37,945 nt of DNA. It comes from a virus (Duplodnaviria; Caudoviricetes). Made by a program: the position numbers and the translations under genes. The DNA lies in the IMG/VR virus record IMGVR_UViG_3300043405_000007, positions 1 through 37,945 of that record. The stretch is one strand, 5' to 3'. Below, one piece after another: positions 6,375 through 15,828 of this stretch. Each line of letters begins with the position of its first letter. Positions within the stretch are counted from its first letter, which is position 1. The notes below the pieces were generated by a model. It worked only from the letters and a program-made list of their open reading frames with translations. It made no database searches and had not been told where the DNA came from.

Positions 6375-8551
6375 TGGAAACATCAAAGAGCTGGTTAGAC
6401 AATCTGGAGTTTGCAAAGAAGGAACAAGAGTCTTGGGAAAAACGCGCTGAAAAAATTGTCAAGCGCTATCGTGATGACCGTAGCGAGATGGCTAACGGTA
6501 AAAAGTACAACATTCTATGGTCTAACGTACGTACTCTCGTTCCCGCCGTCTATTCAAAGAAACCAAAAGCATATTGCCAGCGCAGGAACAAAGATAGAGA
6601 CCCAGTAGCTCGCTGCGCGTCAACTTTGCTACAACGCGCCCTGCAATATGAGATTGACCAATACAGCGACTATGACGAAGCGCTAAAACACGCGGTATTA
6701 GACCGTATGCTTACAGGTCGTGGCACGGCATGGATACGCTTTCAATCCGATGCAGGCGAGGTAGAGACTGAAAATGAACAAGAACCTATTGAAATTACTG
6801 ATTCTACGGAGAGCAATGAGCTTTGCCCGACTGATTACGTTTTCTGGAAAGATTTTAGGCATAGCCCTGCTCGCACTTGGGATGAGGTTACTTGGGTCGC
6901 GCGGCGCGTTTATTTGTCGCGCGATGAGGGTGTTGAGAGATTCGGGGATGATTTCAAACAAGTCCCGTTAAGCCATGAGCCTATTGGTTTAGAGAAAATG
7001 AAGAACAACGGCGCCAATGTTGATGATATGAAAAAGGCGGTTGTTTGGGAAATATGGGATAAATCTAGCAAATCCGCTATTTGGGTAGCTGTGGGGTATG
7101 AGTATATCCTAGACCAGAAACCAGACCCACTAACACTAGAGGGTTTTTTCCCTTGTCCAAAACCATTGTTCAGCACAATGACAAGCGACACACTAATCCC
7201 CGTTCCTGATTACACACTTTATCAAGACCAAGCCAATGAGCTAGATGATATTACGGGTCGCATCGCTAAGTTAGTAGAGGCTGTCAAGGTTGTAGGTGTA
7301 TACGACGCAAGCCAATCAAATATTGCAAGGATGATGCAAGAAGGCTTCGACAATCAGCTAATCCCAGTAGACACGTGGGCTATGTTTAGCGAAAAAGGCG
7401 GTCTTAAGGGTGCGGTTGACTTTATGCCAGTGGAGATGGTTGTTAACGCGCTACAGCAGCTTTATGTAGCACGCGAGCAGGTTAAACAAGTCATTTATGA
7501 AGTGACTGGCATCTCTGATATTCTACGTGGTGCAAGCGTAGCAAGTGAGACGGCAACAGCGCAAAACATCAAAAGCCAATATGCAAGCCTCCGATTAAAG
7601 GATATGCAGTCAGATGTAGCAAGGTTCGCTAGTGACCTTCTACGCATGAAGGCGCAAGTTATGGCGCAGTTCTATTCGCCTCAGACATTGGTGGAAATGT
7701 CAGGCATGATGAATACGGACGATGCTCAATACTTAGAAGCTGCCATGCAATTGCTGAAAAACAACAGTTTGCGTGGTTATCGTATCGAAGTTGAAACCGA
7801 TTCAATGATTACATTGGATGAACAGCAAGAAAAGCAGGATAGGCTAGAGTTTTTAACGGCAACGGCTGGGTTCTTAGAAAAAGCTATCCAAGCTCCGCCT
7901 GAGCTAACACCTTTGCTTGGCGAGTTACTATTGTTTGGCGTTCGCTCATTCAAGGCTGGCGATCAAATGGAAGGTGCTATTGAGAACGCCGTCAAACAAC
8001 TAACCGCACCTAAACCACCACAACAGCCACAACCAGACCCGCAAATGATGGTTGAACAGGGTCGTATGCAGCTAGAGCAGGTAAAAATGCAAATAGCGCA
8101 GCAAGCTGAACAAGCCAAAGCACAGATGGAAGCGGCTAAGGCTCAATCTGATAGCCAATTAGCCTTTGCCAAAATGGAGCAGGAAAAAGAGATTAAAGCT
8201 GCTCAAATGGCGCATGAGGAACGTATGGCTGATCTAGCTCGTGCCCACGAGATGCAAATGGAGCAAATGAAGCAGCAAGGCGAAGACGGTCGCACCTCGG
8301 CTAAGTTGGAAGTTGATAGCCAAACCAAGATTCGGGTGGCTGAAATATCGTTAGAGCAGAAAGAAGCGCCTGAAGTTGTGGAAACTGGCGAGGAAAAGCT
8401 AGACCCAGTAAAAGTGATGGCTGATATGCACGGTGAAATGATGGGTCAAATAGGTGAATTGGCTAAAGTAATGGCTGCGCCTCGTACACGTAAACTAGTG
8501 CGTGGAAAAGATGGTAAGGCTGAAAGCATGATTGAAATCATTGGAGAATAA
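6374..8551 (+). CDS. Portal protein with long C-terminal coiled coil
   Basis: 725 aa directly after TerL (TAATG overlap). The Q/E/M-rich helical C-terminus resembles P22-type portal barrels. Confidence 0.85.
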   Translation: METSKSWLDNLEFAKKEQESWEKRAEKIVKRYRDDRSEMANGKKYNILWSNVRTLVPAVYSKKPKAYCQRRNKDRDPVARCASTLLQRALQYEIDQYSDYDEALKHAVLDRMLTGRGTAWIRFQSDAGEVETENEQEPIEITDSTESNELCPTDYVFWKDFRHSPARTWDEVTWVARRVYLSRDEGVERFGDDFKQVPLSHEPIGLEKMKNNGANVDDMKKAVVWEIWDKSSKSAIWVAVGYEYILDQKPDPLTLEGFFPCPKPLFSTMTSDTLIPVPDYTLYQDQANELDDITGRIAKLVEAVKVVGVYDASQSNIARMMQEGFDNQLIPVDTWAMFSEKGGLKGAVDFMPVEMVVNALQQLYVAREQVKQVIYEVTGISDILRGASVASETATAQNIKSQYASLRLKDMQSDVARFASDLLRMKAQVMAQFYSPQTLVEMSGMMNTDDAQYLEAAMQLLKNNSLRGYRIEVETDSMITLDEQQEKQDRLEFLTATAGFLEKAIQAPPELTPLLGELLLFGVRSFKAGDQMEGAIENAVKQLTAPKPPQQPQPDPQMMVEQGRMQLEQVKMQIAQQAEQAKAQMEAAKAQSDSQLAFAKMEQEKEIKAAQMAHEERMADLARAHEMQMEQMKQQGEDGRTSAKLEVDSQTKIRVAEISLEQKEAPEVVETGEEKLDPVKVMADMHGEMMGQIGELAKVMAAPRTRKLVRGKDGKAESMIEIIGE

Positions 8552-8756
8552 CTTGGAACAACCACTAATTCATACTTCTAAGGGCAATATGGCCGTAGAG
8601 GATTTAACGTACAAAAACGGCTTTGACTGGCAACCTAACGGGGTCGTATTTTGGGAGGAGCATTGGCTAGGCGACGAAATCGTTAAGCGCAGCGCTCATG
8701 CTTACGTCCTGCCAATTGGAACATCACTTCAATTAAGTGGTGGGAAAATTGGTTAA
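8532..8756 (+). CDS. Hypothetical protein (start uncertain)
   Basis: ORF overlapping the portal end and filling the gap to the next gene. Confidence 0.6.
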   Translation: MKSLENNLEQPLIHTSKGNMAVEDLTYKNGFDWQPNGVVFWEEHWLGDEIVKRSAHAYVLPIGTSLQLSGGKIG

Positions 8757-8781
8757 CTTTCATTTAATTTAAGGGGTTTTC

Positions 8782-9231
8782 ATGGCTAATACACAAGCGG
8801 TCGCTACATCATTCAAGGTTGAACAGCTAAGCGGCATTCACGCATTTTCGACAACGGTTGTTCGTGGTGCTACGACTGCCGACACATTTAAGGCTGCGCT
8901 TTATCTTGCTTCGGCAACGGTAAACGCTTCGACTACGGCATATTCTGCTACCAATGAGGTTTCAGGCGCAGGCTACACGGCTGGCGGCGTTACCTTCACA
9001 TGGGTTGCACCATCTAGCACGGGAACAACGGCGTTTACAACACCTAGCGCATCATTCTCGTGGACTGGTCTTACGGCTACGGCATTTGATTGCGTATTGT
9101 TATACAACTCTACACAATCTAACAAAGCGGTCGCTGCCTATACGTTCGGCTCACAAACCGTAACGGCTGGTAACTTCTCGCTGACTATGCCTACGAATGA
9201 CTCGACAAACGGCTTGCTCCGTATCGCGTAA
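8782..9231 (+). CDS. Putative virion fibre subunit
   Basis: Thr/Ala/Gly-rich beta-type protein with TFKAALY...NEVSGAGYTAGG; SD AAGGGG. Confidence 0.55.
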   Translation: MANTQAVATSFKVEQLSGIHAFSTTVVRGATTADTFKAALYLASATVNASTTAYSATNEVSGAGYTAGGVTFTWVAPSSTGTTAFTTPSASFSWTGLTATAFDCVLLYNSTQSNKAVAAYTFGSQTVTAGNFSLTMPTNDSTNGLLRIA

Positions 9232-9611
9232 TGAGTACATACGCTGATCGCGTACTTGAAACATCTACGACAACTGGCACGGGTGCTATCACCCTTGCTG
9301 GGGCTGTCACAGGTTTTCGCACTTTCAATACTGGTCTTGGTCTTAATATTCTCACAGACTACGTTATTGAGGGCGTAGATGCTAGTAACGTACCAACGGG
9401 CGAGTGGGAGACTGGGTTAGGGTATATCTCTAGCGCCACTAACTTAGTGAGACAAGTTCCAAAGGCTGGAAGTGCTGCCGTACCCGTTTCTTTCAGCGCT
9501 GGAACAAAAAGAGTATTTATTTCTCCTAATGCTTCATTTGCTTTTACCCGTGATAACAGCTTCACACTAGGTAAGCAAGTGGCATTGGACTCAAAAATGT
9601 ATCAAGGATAA
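9231..9611 (+). CDS. Putative fibre adaptor domain protein
   Basis: ADRVLETSTTTGTGAITL...GEWETGLG...FSAGTKRVF, a pattern seen at the N-terminus of phage fibre proteins. Confidence 0.55.
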   Translation: MSTYADRVLETSTTTGTGAITLAGAVTGFRTFNTGLGLNILTDYVIEGVDASNVPTGEWETGLGYISSATNLVRQVPKAGSAAVPVSFSAGTKRVFISPNASFAFTRDNSFTLGKQVALDSKMYQG

Positions 9612-9614
9612 AAC

Positions 9615-10064
9615 ATGAGTACAACGACAGGCAACGTACAACCGATATGGATTGCTAAGGGCGACCTATCAAACAACGGCACAACAGGCATGAACCAATT
9701 GATCACGGCTGCCGCTGCTGATTACACGGGTATTAGTGCAAACAACTCATTAGTGTTTACGGCTGGCGCTGATGGTGCTAGGCTTGAACGATTGAAGTTT
9801 ACGGCTGGCGGCACGAACGTTGCAAGCGTTGCGCGTATTTATATCAATAACGGCTCTGTTAACACTACAGCGACAAATAACACGCTAATTGGCGAAATAT
9901 CACTTCCCGCTACAACGGCAACAGCAACGGCTTCTGTAATTTCGCCTGAATACTTCTTCCCAGGCGGTGCTTTGGCTATTCCTGCAACTTTCCGCATTTA
10001 TGTTGGTTTAGGCACGGCTGTAGCTGCTGGCTGGGTAGTTGCAGCTATCGCAGGGCAATACTAA
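9615..10064 (+). CDS. Putative virion structural protein
   Basis: 149 aa, Thr/Ala/Gly-rich, beta-sandwich-like; SD AAGGA. Confidence 0.55.
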   Translation: MSTTTGNVQPIWIAKGDLSNNGTTGMNQLITAAAADYTGISANNSLVFTAGADGARLERLKFTAGGTNVASVARIYINNGSVNTTATNNTLIGEISLPATTATATASVISPEYFFPGGALAIPATFRIYVGLGTAVAAGWVVAAIAGQY

Positions 10065-10065
10065 T

Positions 10066-10950
10066 ATGTTTGGCACTCCAACTGGTGTTAATGTACAGCG
10101 GTTCTATGCAAACTCACAAACCGCTGGCGGATCTTGGCATGTTTGGCAAAAACCTAAAAACTGTTCATTTGTCCAAATATGGTTATTTGGTTGCGGTGGT
10201 AACGGTGGAAATGGTGCAGTAGGCGCAAATAGTACTGCCGCTGGTGGCGGTGGTGGCGGATCAGGTGGTCAAATTCAAATTATGATACCCGCTTGGATTG
10301 TTCCAGATAGATTGTTTATGACGCTGGCATTTGGTGGTACAGCCATATCATCTTATGTATCTTTTGATCAAACAACCACGGCGCAAAGCGTTTTACTTCA
10401 GGCATTCAACGGCGGTAATGGTGGTAATGCTGCTGGCGCAACTGCTGGCGCAGCGGGTGCTGCTGCTGGTGTTGCTGGTAACTCGACAATGATTCGTAAT
10501 GGTATGGGATTAGCCACAACTGTGGCTGGACAAGCTGGCATTGTCGGCGGTGTAGCAGTGGCTGGCGCTAATCAAACCGCTCCTATTACATCTCTAAACC
10601 TTGCAGGTGGTACAGGCGGAGGTGGTTTGCCTGCTGCTGCGGCTGTTGGCACTGCTGGTGGTTCATTCACTGGGTCTGGTGTGTGGCCTTCTATGGCTGG
10701 CGGCACATCTGCTGGCGCATCAAGTGCTGGAACAAAAGGAGCGGACGGACTAGAGTTCTATAACGGAATTTGGTTACCGACACCGGGATGCGGTGGCGCT
10801 TCAGGTGGTGGAACTACTGGCGCTGGCGGTAATGGTGGTGATGGTGCTACTGGATGTGGAGGCGGTGGTGGTGGTGGCGCTATCACAGGACAGGTCGCTG
10901 GTGTAGGCGGTAGAGGCGGTGGCGCTCATTGTATCGTTACATGGTGGTAA
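10066..10950 (+). CDS. Glycine-rich fibre/receptor-binding-like protein
   Basis: Likely start at the ATG at 10066. WQKPKNCSFVQIWLFGCGGNGG...GGRGGGAHCIVTWW is a glycine-rich domain architecture. Confidence 0.65.
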   Translation: MFGTPTGVNVQRFYANSQTAGGSWHVWQKPKNCSFVQIWLFGCGGNGGNGAVGANSTAAGGGGGGSGGQIQIMIPAWIVPDRLFMTLAFGGTAISSYVSFDQTTTAQSVLLQAFNGGNGGNAAGATAGAAGAAAGVAGNSTMIRNGMGLATTVAGQAGIVGGVAVAGANQTAPITSLNLAGGTGGGGLPAAAAVGTAGGSFTGSGVWPSMAGGTSAGASSAGTKGADGLEFYNGIWLPTPGCGGASGGGTTGAGGNGGDGATGCGGGGGGGAITGQVAGVGGRGGGAHCIVTWW

Positions 10951-10953
10951 CAC

Positions 10954-11415
10954 ATGAACTATTACAGTATCTTATTCGAGGATGGCACTCTTTGCCTAGA
11001 AGAAGTTTATAACGGCAATATACAGCGTTATTGTGATTTTCTAGGAAATACTATACCAACGCCAGCGGGTGGGTCTAGTGTTGTTTCTGAGTTTGTTCCC
11101 GCCTTTACACCTCCTCCCGACCCTGTTCCGTGTGTAGTTCCTGCCGATACATCTGGCGCGGTTGTTCCTGCTTCGCCAGTTACGACAGCACCTGCACCCG
11201 TTGAAATACTAGGCGCACCTATTCGCACTTTTGGTTACGACGATAAAGGTCAAATTGTACGGATTGACTATCCAAACACATCTGTCTATCAAATGCTTGA
11301 ATACACGGACGGACGTCTACGCAAGATTATCGAGATTGACCCTAGGGGCGTACAGTACGAACGACACTTCTATTATGACAATTGGGGACGATTCGTAGAG
11401 GAAACCCAGCTTTGA
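10954..11415 (+). CDS. Hypothetical protein with Pro-rich linker and YD/RHS-like C-terminal repeats
   Basis: FGYDDKGQIV, LEYTDGRLR, FYYDNWGRFV. Confidence 0.6.
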   Translation: MNYYSILFEDGTLCLEEVYNGNIQRYCDFLGNTIPTPAGGSSVVSEFVPAFTPPPDPVPCVVPADTSGAVVPASPVTTAPAPVEILGAPIRTFGYDDKGQIVRIDYPNTSVYQMLEYTDGRLRKIIEIDPRGVQYERHFYYDNWGRFVEETQL

Positions 11416-11588
11416 ACGACTTAGAGGAGAAACTTAAATGCGCCTTAACTGATGTTGGTACACAAGTGGGCGAGATTTTAAGTTGCATGATTCGGGCAGA
11501 GGTAGCGGCGCAAGTCGCAAAGATTCAGCAGTTGCAAGATATTCTCTCGGGTGTATCTTGTAGTGGTGACGTGATGCCTACTACGTAA
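11412..11588 (+). CDS. Small helical protein
   Basis: Probable TTG start at 11412 overlapping the upstream TGA; SD GAGGA. Confidence 0.55.
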   Translation: MNDLEEKLKCALTDVGTQVGEILSCMIRAEVAAQVAKIQQLQDILSGVSCSGDVMPTT

Positions 11589-11616
11589 ATGTAGGCGTTT
11601 AAGTAAAGGAAAACCT

Positions 11617-12501
11617 ATGTCATCACATGACTTTCACGACCCAGTTAACGGCGTTTACGCTGACGACTTATCATCTTTAGTTGCCTGTATTGCAACCTCC
11701 TTCGGTGACGAAGTAGGCCTTGCGGTTAACGAAAAGATTAACGCAGTACTTCAGCTTGAAGGTGTAGATATTGCCGCTGTAACGGCGCAAATCGCTACTC
11801 TCAATAGCTTGATGCAGTCTACAAATGCTTCTGACGCTGCCACGGCACAAGCGATTGTTAGCCAACTTACTAGCCTCTCTAGCCGCCTAACATCACTAGA
11901 ATCATCAACAGCCGTTGCAGCTTTAACCGCTGCCGTTGCCGCGATTCAAGATGCAGTAGCTACTGAGACAGCCGCTCGCGTTGCCGCTATTGCAGCTACA
12001 AACGCCGCTATCGCTGCCGTTGCCGCTAATGTAACCACTCTAACCACCACAATCACGACTTTGCAAGCTGAAGTCGCTGCTGGTGGCGCTGGTGGTTGTG
12101 ACTGCACTGCTATCAATACGGCTATCGCTGCCGTTGTTAGCGATGTAACATCACTCAAAGCAAGTGACTCTGCACAAGCAACTGCAATTGCTGACCTGAC
12201 TACACGCATCCAAGCGTTAGAAGTCAAGGGCGCCGATATTACCTCAGCTGTGGCTACTGCTACTGCCGCTGCCGCCGCCGCTGCCGCTGCTGGTGTAAAA
12301 GCTGACGCTGCTACTGCTGCTGCCGCTTCTGCAACTGCTGCCGCTAATGCTGCAAAGGCTGCCGTTAAAGAGTTGGATGACCGCAATGAAGAGCAACACG
12401 GTCACTTCATTCATAAGAACGAGATCAAAGACATTGACTGCGCGGCTATCGGCCACGCTTTCCGTGTCGCAATGCGATCAAAACTTAACTTAGCTGTCTA
12501 A
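11617..12501 (+). CDS. Ala/Thr-rich coiled-coil protein, putative fibre
   Basis: Heptad pattern (LTSLSSRLTSLE, IADLTTRIQALE); strong SD AAAGGA; followed by its own terminator. Confidence 0.7.
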   Translation: MSSHDFHDPVNGVYADDLSSLVACIATSFGDEVGLAVNEKINAVLQLEGVDIAAVTAQIATLNSLMQSTNASDAATAQAIVSQLTSLSSRLTSLESSTAVAALTAAVAAIQDAVATETAARVAAIAATNAAIAAVAANVTTLTTTITTLQAEVAAGGAGGCDCTAINTAIAAVVSDVTSLKASDSAQATAIADLTTRIQALEVKGADITSAVATATAAAAAAAAAGVKADAATAAAASATAAANAAKAAVKELDDRNEEQHGHFIHKNEIKDIDCAAIGHAFRVAMRSKLNLAV

Positions 12502-12507
12502 GAAACT

Positions 12508-12534
12508 GGGGGCGGGGAAACCTGCCTCCTTTTT
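12508..12534 (+). terminator. Intrinsic terminator
   Basis: GGGGGCGGG-GAAA-CCTGCCTCC followed by TTTTT. Confidence 0.75.
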
Positions 12535-12538
12535 AAGC

Positions 12539-12715
12539 ATGATTACTACCAAAGCGCAACGAGAGGAAAGACTGGCGGTCTGCAAAGATTGTCCGCATAA
12601 GGTTGTGCGTTTTGGTAGTGATGTATGCGGCATGTGTAAATGCCCTTTAGCTGGAAAAATCATACTATCGGCGGCAAAGTGTCCCGATAAACGCTGGGCG
12701 GTGCTTATATGTTAG
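12539..12715 (+). CDS. Small Cys-rich protein (DUF6171-like; not in ORF track)
   Basis: MITTKAQREERLAVCKDCPH...CGMCKCPLAGK...AKCPDKRW, 58 aa. Confidence 0.7.
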   Translation: MITTKAQREERLAVCKDCPHKVVRFGSDVCGMCKCPLAGKIILSAAKCPDKRWAVLIC

Positions 12716-14070
12716 GTCTATCGACAATTGGTCAATCCCCTATCGCATCGCTGCCAGCTAGAGCGGCTGCTTCAGGCGGGTTATCTATTGCGCTAACGGG
12801 TCAATCGGAAACCACGTCTGCGGGTGCGTTATCACCATCTTTAAGCCTAGCCATGGCTGGTATCGCTGCCGCTGTATCACAGGGCGCATTAGCTGCTGCA
12901 TTAGTCCTATCGGTAGTAGGTATCGGAGAGACGCAAGCAGCTGGCTCGCTAGGTGTAACTTCTAGCGCATCAATTACTACGCAGGTGGAAAACGCCTTAG
13001 CTGGATTGATGACGGCTAACAATAACGTCGCATTAGCTGGTCAATCGGAAACACAATCACAGGGAACGGTAACTCCTAGTGCTGGTGTCAACATAGCATT
13101 GACGGGACAGGCTGAGACATATAGCGCGGGCACATTAGTCGCCGCTCCGTCTATTGGTTTAACTGGGTTGCAGGAAGCTGGGAATCAGGGCTCACTAGGT
13201 ATTACGTCTAGCGTAGGCGTGACTGGGCAATCAGAAACCGAATCCGCTGGTATTGTAGCTGGAACATCATCCATTGGTCTAGCTGGACAAGCAGAAAGCT
13301 CTAGCACTGGGTCTCTAGGTGTTACATCTTCCGTTCCTTTGGTTGGTCAAACTGAGACACAATCGCAAGGCACGGTTACACCATCAACAGGCATTAATGT
13401 AGCGTTGACGGGTACGGTAGAGACGTATAGCGCTGGAACTATTGCGACCGACCTATCCGTGGCTATTACAGGGCAAACGGAAAGCGAGTCAACAGGAACA
13501 GTAACGCCTAACACTGGTGCAACGGTAGCGCTCACAGGCTCACAATATATCTACTCGCAAGGCTCTGTTAATGTAAACTCATCTATCGTTCTAACGGGTA
13601 ATTCTGAGACGCAGCCACAAGGGTCGCTAACGCCTTCGACTGGTTTATCTATCGCGCTAACAGGTCAGGGCGAGACAATCAATCAAGGCTCGATTAACCC
13701 ATCATATTTAATTGGATTACTAGGTCAGTCACAAACTGATAGTCAAGGACTATTAGTACCAACAACCGACACAGTAGCGACCGATACGCATGATGGTTTC
13801 TGGGACAAACAATGGAAAGAATTAGGCAAAAAGTCTAAGGCTGCCCACAAGTTAGAGAAAAAACGTCAGAAAGAGGCTGAACTTGCTGCTTTGGCTAAGT
13901 CAGAGGCTTTAGTCGCCGAAGTTAAAGAGATTGAAGTTACACCAGAATCGACGATAGTTCTATCAGAATCAGTTACTTACGATACTAATAATAAGCTGAT
14001 TGTTGACAGAGTGATAGAATCTAGCTATGATGCAAATGATGATGATGAAGATTTACTAATGCTATGGTAA
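12709..14070 (+). CDS. Repeat-containing virion protein (16 repeats of 20-22 aa) with charged C-terminal tail
   Basis: Consensus SIALTGQSETxSxGxLxxxx over residues 26-353; ends DTHDG...DDDEDLLMLW. Confidence 0.75.
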   Translation: MLGLSTIGQSPIASLPARAAASGGLSIALTGQSETTSAGALSPSLSLAMAGIAAAVSQGALAAALVLSVVGIGETQAAGSLGVTSSASITTQVENALAGLMTANNNVALAGQSETQSQGTVTPSAGVNIALTGQAETYSAGTLVAAPSIGLTGLQEAGNQGSLGITSSVGVTGQSETESAGIVAGTSSIGLAGQAESSSTGSLGVTSSVPLVGQTETQSQGTVTPSTGINVALTGTVETYSAGTIATDLSVAITGQTESESTGTVTPNTGATVALTGSQYIYSQGSVNVNSSIVLTGNSETQPQGSLTPSTGLSIALTGQGETINQGSINPSYLIGLLGQSQTDSQGLLVPTTDTVATDTHDGFWDKQWKELGKKSKAAHKLEKKRQKEAELAALAKSEALVAEVKEIEVTPESTIVLSESVTYDTNNKLIVDRVIESSYDANDDDEDLLMLW

Positions 14071-14074
14071 CAAA

Positions 14075-14416
14075 ATGTCTATTTTCACAGTAACAAACAA
14101 TCAAGCGGTGCTAACTAACGTGACTTCGGGCACGGATAATTACATCGGCGGTATGCGTTTTGCGCCTAATGGCTCGGCTATTGCAAACGCTACATTTACG
14201 GCTGGCACATGGGTGAATGGATTACAAATCAATCCGTCTGGCGCTGTATGCGTCGCAAACACAACTGCGGGGCTACCTGCAATCAATCAAACACTAAACG
14301 GCATGAGATTCGACGGTAACGGGTCAATTTGTGTATCACTCAATCCAATGGTTACCTATAACAATGGCTTGCCAATGGACGCTAACGGTTCAATTTCAGT
14401 TAACTTAATTCCATAA
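14075..14416 (+). CDS. Small beta-repeat structural protein
   Basis: Four (N/G)G(L/M)x(F/I/M)xx(N/S)Gx(I/V/A)x(V/A) repeats. Confidence 0.6.
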   Translation: MSIFTVTNNQAVLTNVTSGTDNYIGGMRFAPNGSAIANATFTAGTWVNGLQINPSGAVCVANTTAGLPAINQTLNGMRFDGNGSICVSLNPMVTYNNGLPMDANGSISVNLIP

Positions 14417-14424
14417 GGTGAAAT

Positions 14425-14787
14425 ATGAGTAAGGGAAGCGGACGCAGACCTGAGAGCGAAGGGTCGTTCAATGACAACTATGAGGGAATCTTTGGCGGGA
14501 AAAAGCCCACTAGGGGCTCTTTTGTTTACGACCCTGTTAGTAAGTCAATGATTAGCAAAGAAGATTACCATGAGCTAAAAGAAGTCAATGCGCCGATGGT
14601 AATGAATGACATCGCGGGATACAAGTCAATGCAAACGGGTGAATGGATTAGTTCACGCTCACATCATAGAGACCATTTGAAGCAACACCGACTGATTGAG
14701 TTAGGCAATGAGAAGATTCTAGCTCCAAAAGAGCATAAGTACGACTCCCAAGCTGTGAAGCGAGAGCTGGCACGGCATTTTAATTAA
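14425..14787 (+). CDS. Hypothetical phage protein upstream of the scaffold
   Basis: SD AAGGTG; DIAGYKSMQTGEWISSRSHHRDHLK motif. Confidence 0.7.
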   Translation: MSKGSGRRPESEGSFNDNYEGIFGGKKPTRGSFVYDPVSKSMISKEDYHELKEVNAPMVMNDIAGYKSMQTGEWISSRSHHRDHLKQHRLIELGNEKILAPKEHKYDSQAVKRELARHFN

Positions 14788-14805
14788 CCATAACAAGGAC
14801 TAAAA

Positions 14806-15810
14806 ATGTCAGAATTGGCTACCCAAGACGACACATCACTGCGCGACACATTAGAAGCTGCATTCACTGCGGCTGAAACACCTGCGGAAGTAGAAACTCC
14901 CGTTGCGGAGGAAAAACCCGCGCGAATCCGTGACGAATCTGGTAAGTTTGCGGCAAAAGAAGCGCCAGTAGAGGAAAAAGTAGAAGATAAGCCTGAGGTT
15001 AAACAAGAGGCGGCGGTTGATGTTCCCGTTGCTGAAGAGGTAAAAGAAGAGCCAGCTCGTCGCCCTCCTTCATCTTGGAAAAAAGAGACTCAGGCAGAAT
15101 GGGAAAAACTACCCGCACACGTACAGGAAGACGTACTGCGCCGTGAAGCTGATTTTCACAAAGGTATTGAGCAGTACAAAGGTCATGCACAACGTGCAGC
15201 CTCGTATGATGCGGCAATTGAGCCGTACAAGCCAATGCTTCAATCAATGGGTGTGGCGCCTGAAGCGGCTATCGGTGAGCTATTTAAAACATACACACTA
15301 CTACACAATGGTTCACAAGAAGAACGTGCGGCGGCGTTAGGACAATTAGCCCGAAGCGCAGGATTAGAACTAGACAAAATTCAAGAGGAGCAGATCGACC
15401 CTAGGTATCAAGAACTGCTTGCTCAGAATCGGTCTCTCCAGTACGATCAAGTACAACGAGAGCAGCAGCGACTCAGTCAACAACGATCAGAACTAAACAG
15501 TCAGATCGCAAAGTTTTCTGAGGGTAAAGAGTATTTTAACGCCGTCCGCGATGACATGGCTGTATTCCTTGAAACAGGGAAAGCGGCAGATTTAGAGTCG
15601 GCGTATGACATGGCGATATGGGCACGACCCGACCTTCGCAGTAGTTTGCTAGAACAACAAACTAAGGCAGCAGAAGAGAGAGCACGTGCAGCAATGCAGC
15701 AACAAAAAGCGAAAACCGCTTCTGTGTCTGTGAGAGGTTCATCGCCTGTAAGTGGCACTAGTGCCGCACCAACTGGCTTAAGGGCACTCCTTGAGTCACA
15801 ATTTAACTAA
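14806..15810 (+). CDS. Capsid scaffolding protein
   Basis: Acidic, Pro/Glu-rich N-terminus, RDESGKF and PPSSWKKE motifs, coiled coil; directly upstream of the MCP. Confidence 0.75.
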   Translation: MSELATQDDTSLRDTLEAAFTAAETPAEVETPVAEEKPARIRDESGKFAAKEAPVEEKVEDKPEVKQEAAVDVPVAEEVKEEPARRPPSSWKKETQAEWEKLPAHVQEDVLRREADFHKGIEQYKGHAQRAASYDAAIEPYKPMLQSMGVAPEAAIGELFKTYTLLHNGSQEERAAALGQLARSAGLELDKIQEEQIDPRYQELLAQNRSLQYDQVQREQQRLSQQRSELNSQIAKFSEGKEYFNAVRDDMAVFLETGKAADLESAYDMAIWARPDLRSSLLEQQTKAAEERARAAMQQQKAKTASVSVRGSSPVSGTSAAPTGLRALLESQFN

Positions 15811-15828
15811 TTTTTTAAAGGAATAGAA

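Noticed and set aside
12250-12365. GCN trinucleotide run as a DNA repeat element
   Set aside because: Explained by poly-Ala coding in the coiled-coil protein. The antisense ORFs 11946-12386 and 12244-12456 are shadows of it.
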